From Glycera tridactyla (Eukaryota): a stretch of 64,000 bases of DNA. Below are positions 50,340-62,505 of this stretch, piece by piece. A program made the position numbers and the translations under genes. A model generated the notes under the pieces. The model had not been told where the DNA came from, did not search any database, and saw nothing but the letters and a program-made list of their open reading frames with translations. Each line of letters begins with the position of its first letter. The stretch's first letter is position 1. The stretch covers positions 19,964,001 through 20,028,000 of the forward strand of contig OZ286476.1 in the NCBI GenBank assembly GCA_965644265.1, written 5' to 3'.

Positions 50340-53300
50340 AACTCCCCCATACCGAACAGTTGACTGTACATGTTGGCCAGCCACAAGAAGTTGCAGAGAT
50401 CACACATGTTACAACACAAGTGGTTACAATGGAGGTCCCAGATCAACCACTGGCACCAGAAACCACACAAATTTCGACGCAGCAGGTGACTGTGGAAATG
50501 CCTGTTCAGGCACTGGCCCCCGTCACTTTGGATATTTCTGTGCCTCAGGTCGAACAAGCACATGTACATATTGTGGAAGAGCCTTCCGCTCTTTCTCCCT
50601 CGGGAAGGTCTGAGTCACCCGAAGAGTTCTATGATACTGAGTCAACTCAGATTGTAACTGTTTCCAAAGTGATGTCTGAAACCAAATCAACGGAAACCAT
50701 GCTAACAACCACAACTGAACAAGTTTCTGATCTCTCCACTGCTGAAGAACTAACAGTAGATGCCACTCAGCAGCAAACTGAACTCAACTTGGGTGTGCGG
50801 GAATCACCTTTAGTCACTAAGATATCTCCACAAGATGTTGTCTTCACAAAAGAAGAGTCGCAAACTCTTCCTGCTCTTGAAAAACCTGAGAATCCAAGAG
50901 TGCAGGATGTACCTGAGCTTGAAAGGGTTGCTCAAGTGGTACACCCTGTTGAGGCCAGGACAGAGCCTCAGAAAGAGGAGTATGTTGTGGAGGTACCAGT
51001 AGGTTTCGATGATACACGAGAAGAGTCCCCAAAGGAAGCAGCTGAAGAACTTGTGCCAACGTCCTTAGACGTTGCCATGACAGTGTTACCAGCAGAAATG
51101 AAGGAAATGTATCAGCAAACAATAGAAGTGAATCCCAAACCGCAAGCTCATGTTGTCCAACAGTTACCTATGGATGCTGGGCAGCAGCCTGAGCAAACTG
51201 TAGTGTTCACACAAGTCGATGGTACAGTACCAAGTCAACAGGTAGCTATGGTTGTTGATGTTAGCCAGCAGAAAGTTCTGACAACGACGGAAACAACGGA
51301 AGTTACTCGAGAGGTCACCACCATGGAGATGGAAGTTGAAGGCAAAAAGCTGCTACAGGAGGTGACTTTTGAAGTTCCTGTTGTAACTGAAGAACCAACT
51401 ACCATGTTTGTAGTTCAGCAGCCTGAGAAACAAGTGACTGAAACATTACTGAAAGAGCCAGTGCAACCTGTTGAGAGACGTCCAGAGGTAACAACAGAAG
51501 TCACTACCAGAGAAATCACAACCATGGAGATGGAAATTGAAGGCAAAAAACAGCTTCAAGAGGTGACTTTCGAAGTTCCTGCTGTAACTGAAGAACCAGC
51601 AACCATGTTTGTAGTTCAGCAGCCTGAGAAACAAGTGACTGAAACATTACCAAAAGAGCCAGTGCAACCTGTTGAGAGACGTCCAGAGGTAACAACAGAA
51701 GTCACTACCAGAGAAATCACAACCATGGAGATGGAAATTGAAGGCAAAAAACAGCTTCAAGAGGTGACTTTCGAAGTTCCTGTTGTAACTGAAGAGCCAG
51801 GGAATATGCTTGTTGTTCAGCAGCCTGAGCAACTAACAGAGGTGCAACCCATTGAAAGACACCCTGTGGTTTTGGAGCCTACAGTTGTTGAGCTTGTGCC
51901 AGCCCCTGACACAGCTATTGGCCCCATCACCCCCACAACACAGATCACTACAGCTACTACAACCATGATAATGGAAGTCGATGGCAGACAACAGCCACAA
52001 GAAGTTACATTTGAGATACCAGTAAGTGAGGAGCAGGTTGTCAGTAAAACAAAAGAAGTGACTGAAACTACATATACTCAAATGGTGACAGCCCTGGAAA
52101 ATATGATGCCTGGAGAACTACAGCAGACATTGGTGAGCCCTCCCAAAGAGGCTGAGCCAACCATGCGAACTGCACTGGAAATACCAGTGCAACAGGTGCC
52201 ATTACCAGAACAAACCATTGCAATTATTCCACTAGATGATACTACAGTGACACAGCAAAGTGCCTTGGTCGTTGATGTGACACAGGACAGACCGATAACT
52301 TTCACCAAGGAAACCGCTACCATGGTGATGGAGATAGGTGACCAGCGTCTTCCACAGGAAGTATCTATGGAGATTCCAGTTCCTACTGAGCATGTGACCA
52401 CGGTACATGTTGTGCCACAGCAAACTGAAATGCCAAAACCCCAGATGCCTATTTTGACTACAACTGAAGTAACTGAAATGCAAGTTGGGGTTTCACAGTT
52501 ACCCCAGCCAACAGTACAACCAGGGATCTCAGCCATTGCTATTACTCAAGAGCAAGTGCCTCGCGAGGTGTCTGAGGTGCATCTTGATGTCACTTCACAG
52601 CAGGTGATCCCAGAAGTTGCTTTTGAAATTCCAATGCCTGTTGGTGATGATGTTATCATGACAAGAGTTATGTCTCCTGCGGATATAAGAGAGATTGTCT
52701 CGTCGCCAGAATTATCAGATGATGCCTTCCACACTCCTGAGGAAGAGCTTCCACCGACCTCACCAACTGAAGCTGCACTCATTGCTGAAGTTACTGAACA
52801 GATATCTTCATTGATCGCGATTGAGCAAGAGAAACTGCCAGAAGGTATGGTTGTGGTTGCACCAGTCCCTGAATCTGAGCAATCCATGGAGATTGGACAA
52901 ATTGTTGTGGGTGGGCGACATATTAGCTTGCAGGCGACAGTCATGCATGAATCTCAACAGGAGATAATCCAGACAGTTAGCAAGTCAACAGAAGAGCTCA
53001 TCTCACAACCCATTGAAAAGCCAGAATCTCCTCAAACCGTTACTGACCAGCCCGAGGAAACATTGGTGGAAATCAAGCCTGTTGTGTCGGAAGTACCCAC
53101 TGAAGTTGGTGACATTGTAGTGGGTGGGAGAAGAATTAGTTTACAGGCTGTGTTAACCCCTGAAATTGTTGCAGAGATAGCCAAGGACATTCCAACACCA
53201 GAGGCACCGAAACAAGTGGTTTCAGAAAAACCATCTGAGGTCACAATGGAGATTCTTGACCTACCTGATACTCATAAGGCTGAAATAGGATCAATCAAAG

Positions 53301-56300
53301 TCAGTGGCCAGCAGGTCAGTCTACAAGCTGTCATAACACCGGAGATATCCAAACCTGATGTCACACCAGAGGAGGTTGCATTGAAACTCACTATGCCTGA
53401 GCCACTGAAACCAACTGATGAAATTCCAAAGGAAAGCAAAGAACCACGAATTAGTGAGGTTATTGTGAGTGGGAGAAGAGTAAGCTTAGTTTCTCCTGAG
53501 CCTGAGTCTGAACCATCAGAAGCTATAGTATTACCCTTGAAGCCAACAGAGCCTATAACCACAGAATTGATATTTGGGCATCGTAAATTCAGTGTGGTAG
53601 CCTACGATAATGAAAAACTCCTTGAACAAGTCAGAGACATTATCTCGAGGGAAGCATTGAAGGCAGCAGTAATGAAACCCAAGGAACAGCTACAGACTGA
53701 ACTGAATGTAGGTGGTGAAAATATCACTATATCTGCTGATAATCCAGAGGAACTCATAAAACAGATCAGGCAAACACTTGAACAAATTCCCCTTGAAATC
53801 AAGCCAGATCAAGTGACCGAAATCAAGCCACTCGAACCTGTTTCTGCCCAACTGAAGCTTGGGGCCCAAGAATTTACCTTCACAACTGAGGATATGGCTC
53901 ACATGGTTGAGCAGATGAAATCTGTGATAGAAAAAAAGAAGGTTGTAGAGAGCCCCGAAACTTTCACTGCAGAGGTTGTCGTTGGTAAGAGGAAGGCCAG
54001 TCTGAAAGCTGAGACAGCACCAGAATTGTCCAAAAAGGTACATGATTCAGTTCAGAGAATGCCTGAGCCTGAAGCCACTGAGCCAATCACAACCGAATTA
54101 TTCATTGGGCCACGTCATGTCAGTGTAGTGAGTGATGACAAGAAAAAACTTGTTGAGCAGGTTACTGTTGTACTTGAACAACAGCCAGTTGCCATGGTCA
54201 GTGAAACACCAGTGAAACCGGTCACTGTTGACATATCAGTCGGTGATGAGGTTGTCAGGATTGAGGGAAGAGATGCCCCAGAGGTGGTTATCAAGATTCC
54301 TGAAGAGATTGCCAAGTTACCCGAGCCCACAGTCAAGAACCCAATTACCACAGAAATGGTGATTAATGAGAAAACCATCGCAGTGGTATCTGAAAGTAAG
54401 GAGAAATTTGCAGAACAGATCCAAAATGTATTTGAACGAGTACCATCCTCCCCAAATAGTGAACCTGTAGCAGCTGAGGTGTGTGTCGGCACTAAGAGAG
54501 TCAGCGTGGTTGCTGCTGATTTCAAGGAGTTAGAGAGCAAGGTGAAAGAGACAATAGAGCAGTTACCACAGCCTCGTTTCCGTCAGCCAGTCTCTACTGA
54601 TTTGGTCATCAGTGGACAAGTAGTAAGTTTTGTTTCCGATAACAAGCAGACAATATTACGTGAGGTTGAAGAGTATTTCAAAAGAGAGACCACAACACGC
54701 ATAGCAGACACAAAACAGACATACTCAACTCAGATGGTTGTCAGTGGCAAGAAAATCAGTGTCATAGCTGAAGATTTGCCCACCATGACAGAGCGAGTGA
54801 AGAAGCTAACTTCCAAGAAACCTAAGCCATCAGAACCAATCACTGCTGAAGTTGTTGCCGGTGAGCAGAAGATTACTTTAGTTGCAGATGACATCCAGAA
54901 ATTGAGTGAGCAGATTGTGGAATTATCTATATCTACTGTCAAAGAAAGTGTAAGTCTGTACAAAGCTGAAGTGATTCTGGGAGATCGTAAGATTGATATA
55001 GAAGGGAAGGATTCAAAGGAACTTACAAGAAAGACACAAGATACTGTCAGGAAGTTACCTAGACCAAAGTTGAAGCAATCAATCACTACTGAGATAGATG
55101 TCGGTGATCGACATGTCACTATTATCAGTGATGATAAGGAGAAGTTAGTGGAGCAGATCCACACCATTGTTCAGCATGCCCCTGTTGCAGTTGTGACTGA
55201 AGAGAAGTTCAAACCAGTCACCGCTGAAATTGCCCTAGGTGAGAAGAAGGTCACTGTTGATGCAAAAGATGCTCCTGAAATAGTCAAAAAGGTTGGTGAT
55301 GCTGTGAAGAAGCTACCCAAACCCAAACCTGACCAATCAATCACTGCTGAAGTAGTTCTTGAAGGTAGAAGAATCAGTATTGTCGCTGATGACAAGAAGC
55401 CCTTGGTAGAGCAACTTCAAGTAGTTCTTGACAAGCAGCCGGTATCAAATCCAGTAGAGAAAGATAAGGAACCAGTCGCTGCAGAAGTCAGCATAGGTGA
55501 AATGAAAGTGAGTGTGGTGGCACAGGACATCAAACAGTTGACTGAACAGATTCGAGAAACTGTACAAGAGCTTCCAGAGCCAGAGAAGGCAGAGTCAGTC
55601 ACCACTGAACTTGTTATCAGTGGCAGGAGAGTGAGTCTGATTGCAGATAGCAAAGAGAAAGCACTGGAACAAATTCAGCATGTTGTTGAACAGACTCCTG
55701 TTGTCACAGAATCAGATTCCAAATGTTTAGCCACAGAGGTCACAATATCAAGTAAGCAAATCAGTATAGTTGCTGAAGATGCTAGTGCACTTATAGGGCA
55801 AATAGAAAAAATCTCACCAGCTCCAGTGATTGAAGCCCCAGTTGTAAGTGCAGAGGTGATTGTTGGTCCTCGGAGGATTAGTGTATCTAGTTGCAAGCCG
55901 GAGGAGTTGGTTGAGCAGATTCAGGAGGTTGTCCATGAGGCAACTTCAAATCCAGGTGAGATAACTCTGCAGGGTAATCCTGGGCCAGTGCAACCAACAC
56001 CAGTTATGGCACCGGAGAAAATTCTCCATGTAGTGAGTGAAACAGTTGAGCCAGTTCAACCTGTCAATCAGGTTTCAGCAGAAATCAAAGTGGCAGATGA
56101 GGTCAGGCATGTTGTTGCACCATCTACTAAGGAACTCGGTGAAAAAGTCAAGGCAGCAGTTGAAACATTACCAGCTCCTACCGTTGAGCAACCAATAACC
56201 ACAGAACTGGTTGTCGGACCACGACGTGTGAGTGTGATCAGTGATGATAGGGTGAAATTGGGAGAGCAAGTGAGTGTTATTCTAGAAGAGCAGCCCATGT

Positions 56301-59300
56301 CTGTGACCAGTCAAGAAGAGATTGCTCCAGCTGAGGCAGAGATCAAAGTAGGTGAACAAACAGTCAAAGTTGTTGCAAAAGATATTCCAGATCTTGTGAA
56401 AAAGGTTGATGATGAACTAAAGGTACTACCCAAGCCTTCGTCAAAATCACCTGTCATGTCAGAAGTGGTGACTCCATCTGGGAAAACTACCATCATTTCA
56501 GATGACACACCAAAATTGCTCGATCAAATGTCAAGCCTGCTTGAGACTGGAGCTGTGCCTACCACTGTTGATCAATTGTGTCAGCCAGTGGCAGGCGAAC
56601 TGAAAGTGGGAACAAAGAAAATCAGTATTGTTGCCAAAAGTTCAGAGGAGCTAGAAAAGAAGGTTGAAGAAACTTTAGAGGTATTGCCTCAGCCACGATT
56701 CAGGCAACAGGTAACTGCAGATTTGATTCTCTCTGGGAGAAGGGTTAGTGTCATTTCAAGTGACAAACAAACTGTCCTGGAAGAAGTCAAGAAAGTTCTT
56801 ACTTTCATAGAGGATGTGAACAAGGCCATTGAGCAACATCCAGCTAGGCCTTCAATAACTCCGCAACCATTGACAGCTAAGATAACGTGTGAGGGAAGTG
56901 AAGTTGACATTGTGGCAGAGACTCCCCAAACCCTGTTGCAAGAGGTGGCAAAATTGAAACCCACTTCTCCAGCCTTGTCTGTTACTGCTTCACTGGTTAT
57001 TGGTGAGAAGAAAGTTGATTTAGTGAGTGAGAACATTCCCAAGTTGGTAGATCAGATATCAGAACTAGTCAATCTGGAGGAGGTCCAGCCAGCTGAAGAG
57101 ATGCAGCAACCAGTTCATGCCACTATTACCCTAGGTGATCAGATCACTTGCTTTGATTCAAATGGTATCAGTGAGCTTGTGAAGAACATACAAGAAACAG
57201 CTAAGAATATTCCCAAACCTGAAGGAAGACAGTCTTTTTCAGCTGAGGTTGTTGTTGGTGATAGGCTCCTAGATATCATTACTGATGACAAAGACAAGCT
57301 TGGTGATCAGGTTGATAAGATTTTGAGGCAGTCCCCAATGTCACTTGTCAAAGGGAAGTCACCAGAACGTGTCACTGCAGAATTATCTGTTGGTGATAAA
57401 AAGGTCACTGTTGAAGCCAAAGATAAACCGGATCTTCTCAAGAAAGTGACAGATGCTGCTAAGAAACTCCCAAAGCCAAAACCACAACAGTCAGTCACAA
57501 CGGTTGCTGTTATTGACAACAAACAAGTGAGTATTGTGGCGAAAGACAAACCACAACTCATCGAGCAGCTACAATTTGTGATAGATCAGAAGCCAGAGAA
57601 ATCTCCTGTAGAAAGTATCCCTGATGTAGTAGCAGCTGATTTGAAAGTAGGTGACAAGGAGGTGAGTATTCTTGCAAAAGATGTAAAAGAGTTAGAACAG
57701 AAAGTTACTGAATCCATGACTAGTGTAGAACCTGGTGTAGGCCCTGTGAAGATTGATGTGATGGTCAGTGGTAGGAGGGTTAGTATTGTAAGTGATACAA
57801 AGGATGTAGTGCTTGAACAGGTCAAGAAAGTACTAGAAACAGAGCCTGTCACTGATGTACAAGAACCCACGCAACCAGTGTTGACAGAAGTCACTGTTAG
57901 TGGACGTAGAGTTAGCATTTTTGCTGAAGATACCACTACTCTGCTTGAAGAAGTGAAAACAGTTTTGACCCAGAAGAGAGATGAACCCTGTGCTCCAGCA
58001 TCTGTGCAAATGGTCATTGGGCCAAAAAAGGTGACATTGGTATCTGATGACACCCAGAGCTTGATCAGTCAGGTTCAGGAAGTCATTGAGCCTTCCAAAC
58101 CCGAAGAAGTCGCACATGCTGAGATAACAGTTGGTGATCACAAGACTAGTGTAGTTGCCAAGGATGCTAAAGATTTGGAAGTGCAGATCAAATCACAAAT
58201 CCCTGATTTGCCAGAACCGACAGAGCAACAGCCATCAATTTCTGAGATCACTGTAGGCCCAAGGCGTACGAGCATTGTCACTGATAGTAAGGAGGTTTTC
58301 AGTGAACAGGTTGAACTAGCACTCGAGGATGTTCCCAGTAAGCCACATGAAGGTCCCCAGCTGGCAAAAGCTGATATATCGGTTGGTGAAAAGAAGCTTA
58401 GTTTAGTTGCTGCTGACATCAAACAATTAGAGACTCAGATTGAAGAGATTGTTCATGAAGCTCCGGAACCCACTCAGGGAGAGGTGGTCCATGCTGAAAT
58501 TGAGATTGGTAGCAAGAAATTGAATATTTCTGCTGATAGCAAAGAAGTCTTCACGAGTAAGATGGCACATGCAGTTGAGGAGATACAGATTATGGTTCCT
58601 GACAAAGCTGAAGTTGTCCAGGCAGAAATACAGGTGAAAGATCGCAAGGTTAGTGTGGTTGCTGCCAGCATTGAGCAGCTAGGGGATCAAATCAAGGAGT
58701 TGGTTGTTCAGCTCCCAGACATCACCCCAAGCCAGCCAGTGACTGCAGACATTATGGTTGGTTCTCAAGAGATGATTATTGTATCAGACAATAGGGACGT
58801 CTTCACAAGTCAGGTTGAACACCTTGTTGAGAAGATACCAGAAACTTCAAAGACGCCACAAAGGGTTGAGGCTGATCTACTCATAGCTGATCATGAGGTG
58901 AAGGTGATAGCTGTCAATACACAGCAGCTGCAACACCAGATAAATGAAATCGTTTCAGAACTTCCAGCTCCAACTCCATCTCAGCCATTGACCACAGAGA
59001 TTACCATTGGTCCACAACAATTGAACATTGTTGCAGATAGTACACAGGTGTTCACTGATCAATTTGAGAAGGTGTTTGAACAAATACCTGCCGAGAAAAT
59101 CAAACCAATTGAAGCACAGATTTCAGTTGATGAGAAGAAAATTAGTTTGGCAGCAGATACTGTTAAGGAAATACAGGAGCTAGTGAAAGAGGAAGTTGGT
59201 AAATTACCCTCAGCCACCGTTGAAAAACCTGTTGTCACAGAGGTCACTATTGGTGAAAGACGCGTTAGTATCATTTCTACAGTCTCACAAAAAGTGGTAG

Positions 59301-60785
59301 AGCAGGTGCATACTGCGATTGAACATCTTCAGGAAGTCAAACCAGTTGAGCAGAAACAGGTGTCAACAGAGGTTGTGATTGAAGGTCGAAAGGTCAGCTT
59401 GATTGCACCAGATACCGAGACACTGATGGATGAAGTGAGTAAAGTGGTTGAGCATGTCACCAAACCTGCTGAACCAGTGATCACTGAACTAGTCATTAGT
59501 GGGCGTCGTGTAAGTCTTGTGGAAGCACAACCCATGCTAGAACAGGTTGAAGTGAAACCAATGGAGCCAAAACCAACTGAAAAAGTCACTGAACAACCAG
59601 AACCTCAGAAAAAATTGAAACGTCGTGTGAGTTTCAAGGCTGAAGCCCAAGTATTTTATCATTCTCCAGAATCAACTGAGATAGTTGCAGAGGCGGTCGA
59701 ACCTACTGATGTCACCATGCCAGCTGCACAAATGCCTGATATTGTCACAGCAGAGCTTGGAGAATTCAAATTAGGTGAAAAGCGAGTGAGCCTCACTGCT
59801 GTGGTCCTGCCAGAAGGGATGGAGGAAGTGCCAAAAGAGGTAACACTGCCAGTTGAATCAGTCACTTGTGTGACTGAAGCTAAACCTGTTGAAATTGGAC
59901 TGGGTGAAACAGCAACGATTATGGTCACTCCTTCAGGAGACATTAAGATGGAACCAGAACAGATTTTGCCCTCTGCAATTAAGCCAGATGATGAATATGC
60001 AGTTTCATATCCCAAGGAGATATCATTTGAAGAAGTGATTGAAGATATCTGGGCTGGAGCACAACCTGATGATCAGCCAGAAGACAAAAAGCAGCCAGAA
60101 TATATCACAGAAGTTGTCCAAGCACCTGCTGTGCAGGAAGTCCCAGATGAAACAGCAGTCAAACAGGAGGTCTTGGTCACTGAGAAACCTCAATCCATGC
60201 TGCCAGAGGCTGACAAACCAAAGGATGAGTATACTGTTTCTTACCCATCGGAAGTTTCATTTGGTGAAGAGATAGAGGACATTTGGGCTGGTGCTCAGCC
60301 TGATGAAAAACCAAGCATGCAACAGAAGCCTTCAGACACAATGGAAATGGTGGAACTCCCCTCAGAAGTTCTCAAACCCCATGATGTGACTATTGTGAAA
60401 GGAACTGAAGAAGGACCATTTGTAGAACTTCCCGCTACTCCATTGGCAGTTGAACCCAGTAAAGATGTAGTGGATGCATATACTTCAGAAGTAAGTGTAG
60501 AAGATGTCTCAGATGTTTTGCCTGCTGCCGAAGGAGTTGAAGTAGTAGCCGAAATTCAGATTCCTCAAGAGCATCTTCCCATGGTAGAGCAGGTGGAAAC
60601 TTTGCCAGTGATTGAAGGTACCGAGCAGAAGCCAGATGTCGTGGTGCCAGTGTTTGAAGAGAGTCTACCATCAGAAACAGCACAAGTGGAAGTGATGACG
60701 CATCCCCAGGATGTCACTCCATCGGATGTTCAGCCGACGGAGATGACGGCCGCCATCCCCCCATCCGAACAACCCTCGGAAGAAG
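50340..60785 (+). CDS. Exon 26: 10,446-nt giant exon (3,482 codons); PEVK-like region plus about 50 novel ~40-44-aa repeats
   Basis: Uninterrupted 3,510-codon ORF; acceptor cacccag after a pyrimidine tract; composition turns intron-like right after G|GTACCC at 60786 (weak donor, so the 3' boundary is less certain). Confidence 0.85.
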
Positions 60786-61368
60786 GTACCCAAACCTATT
60801 CCTTCTTTTGTTGTAAAATGTTAATTCCCCAGTTTATAATCTTTTTTTCTCATACATTTTAATCATTCAATTTTAAGATATCACTGTTAATATGATATAA
60901 TCATGAAAACTTTGATGTTAGGATAAAGGTATCACAACCGTTCTTGTGGGTTGCACGAAACTGCCTTTTGTAGCCATTTGTTTTTCTTGCATGAATTACT
61001 GAACTTCTTTTGCAGCCGCGATGCTCTGCGGCATTGATCTACATTCAACTGCATATTTGAAACTCTGCTGTCTAAAGCATGACTACTTCTTCATTCTTTG
61101 ACTCAAGAGAAAGACAAATGACAGTTAACATATCATAAAAGCGACACACTTCACCTCCTGAAAAATTAGGATATACGACTACTGACCAAGATAGCTTTGA
61201 TAGCCTATTGGCTACCATTAGATATTTAGTTTCTTCTCAAGCTCATATACATCCCAGAAATGAACTTCACAATACAGGTAGCAAGGATATGCTAACTCAG
61301 TCCCTGAGCTGAAAAGCACATGCAGTCAGGGAAGGGCACATCCAGCTAAATATGAAGTGCCAAAAAGG

Positions 61369-61548
61369 CAGGGCTCTACGTTGGCCAGATTCTTTAGGAG
61401 CCAACTGGCTCCTTAGTTGAAATTTCTGGTAGCCAATACATTGCTAATTACAACCTCTAGAAAATTTAGAGGTGGCTGGCTCCCACCTTTCAAAATGTGG
61501 TAGCCAGAGGGTAAATTTGGTAGCCATTGGTAGCAGCGTGGAGCCCTG
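61369..61548 (+). mobile_element. CAGGG-ended MITE (hAT-like termini), copy 1
   Basis: CAGGGCTCTAC...GTGGAGCCCTG TIR; interior TGGTAGCCAGAGGGTAAATTTG shared with copy 2; no 8-bp TSD seen. Confidence 0.7.
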
Positions 61549-62505
61549 ACATGCAGATCAACATACTTCGATAAGACAAACTTCTTTAGAGCATATGGAA
61601 TATGAAATGGCACATGGTTACTGGATCGATGTGCTCAAAAGTGTGCTCAAAAGGCCAATGAATCTTGCTAAGTTGGAAAATTACTGAGGTATGGTTGGCC
61701 ATTCAATATTGAACCACACCATTTCACAGATATTTTTATTTGCTCTCCTCACAGAAGTGTTTCCATGTGGATGTCACTTGGGTAGAACATGTGTATGCTA
61801 CCACTCCTCTTCATTCAGGTGTGCATAGGTACATGGCAGTCAAAATGAAGTGCTTAGTCCAATGCAGTTAATTGGATATCATGCTAAGGTTTATTATGTA
61901 ATATGGGTAGAGGTGTTCCTGAACTGACAGCCATCTTCACAACCATTTTTGTGACTCCCCATCATTGCAAGTTCATAGCAGTCATCACCAAAATATTTGA
62001 TAGCCACTTCCCCAGTGAATCAGAGAAATCATTTTCCCTGGAAATATTTTACTCCAGAATTCTAGCTAAAACTTTTGTGAGTATCATGGTGTCAAACAGA
62101 AAGCATCAGTGCCTTTTGGTGTGAAAACTGTCTACTCCCACCATCAATTTTCTGGATGCAGTGACTGTAATACAAGTACTGGGTGGTATAGGGGTGAATT
62201 ATCAAAGTTCTGTTTCCACAGTGAATCTCATACCTTCTCATTCAATGATATGTTCCTTCCATAGAAATTATGGTTAAAACTTATATTCTGAGTGAAAGAT
62301 TCGCACTCCCCTGTTGAGAGTGGGTTCAGCCATTTTACTCTCCCAGTTTTAGATTCACTTTTCCTGGGATTAGGGAGAGTGACCAAACTTGAAGACTGTC
62401 ATAGGTAGGTCTGTGTTATTGAACACCAATGAGACAATCAACCAACCAATCAACCAATCAGTCTCAGCTCTATTATCTTAGACAGGTTCATTTGTATAAT
62501 TGTAG

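Larger units (their letters stand above)
1..60785 (+). other. Partial giant muscle protein gene (titin-like; sallimus/kettin-type Ig plus PEVK-like architecture), 26 exons traced, about 7,940 codons in window
   Basis: 26 GT-AG exons with mutually compatible phases. 17 I-set Ig domains with the P-x-F...C-x-V-x-G-x-P-x-P-x-(I/V)-x-W...D-x-G-x-Y-x-C-x-A-x-N-x-x-G pattern, separated by E/V/T/P/K-rich spacers. The frame is open from base 2, so the 5' end is outside the window. Confidence 0.93.

Noticed and set aside
50523-60683. Many minus-strand ORFs of 60-155 aa over the giant exon (and over exons 10, 11 and 19)
   Set aside because: Antisense shadows of a long biased coding frame; no independent protein features or splice signals
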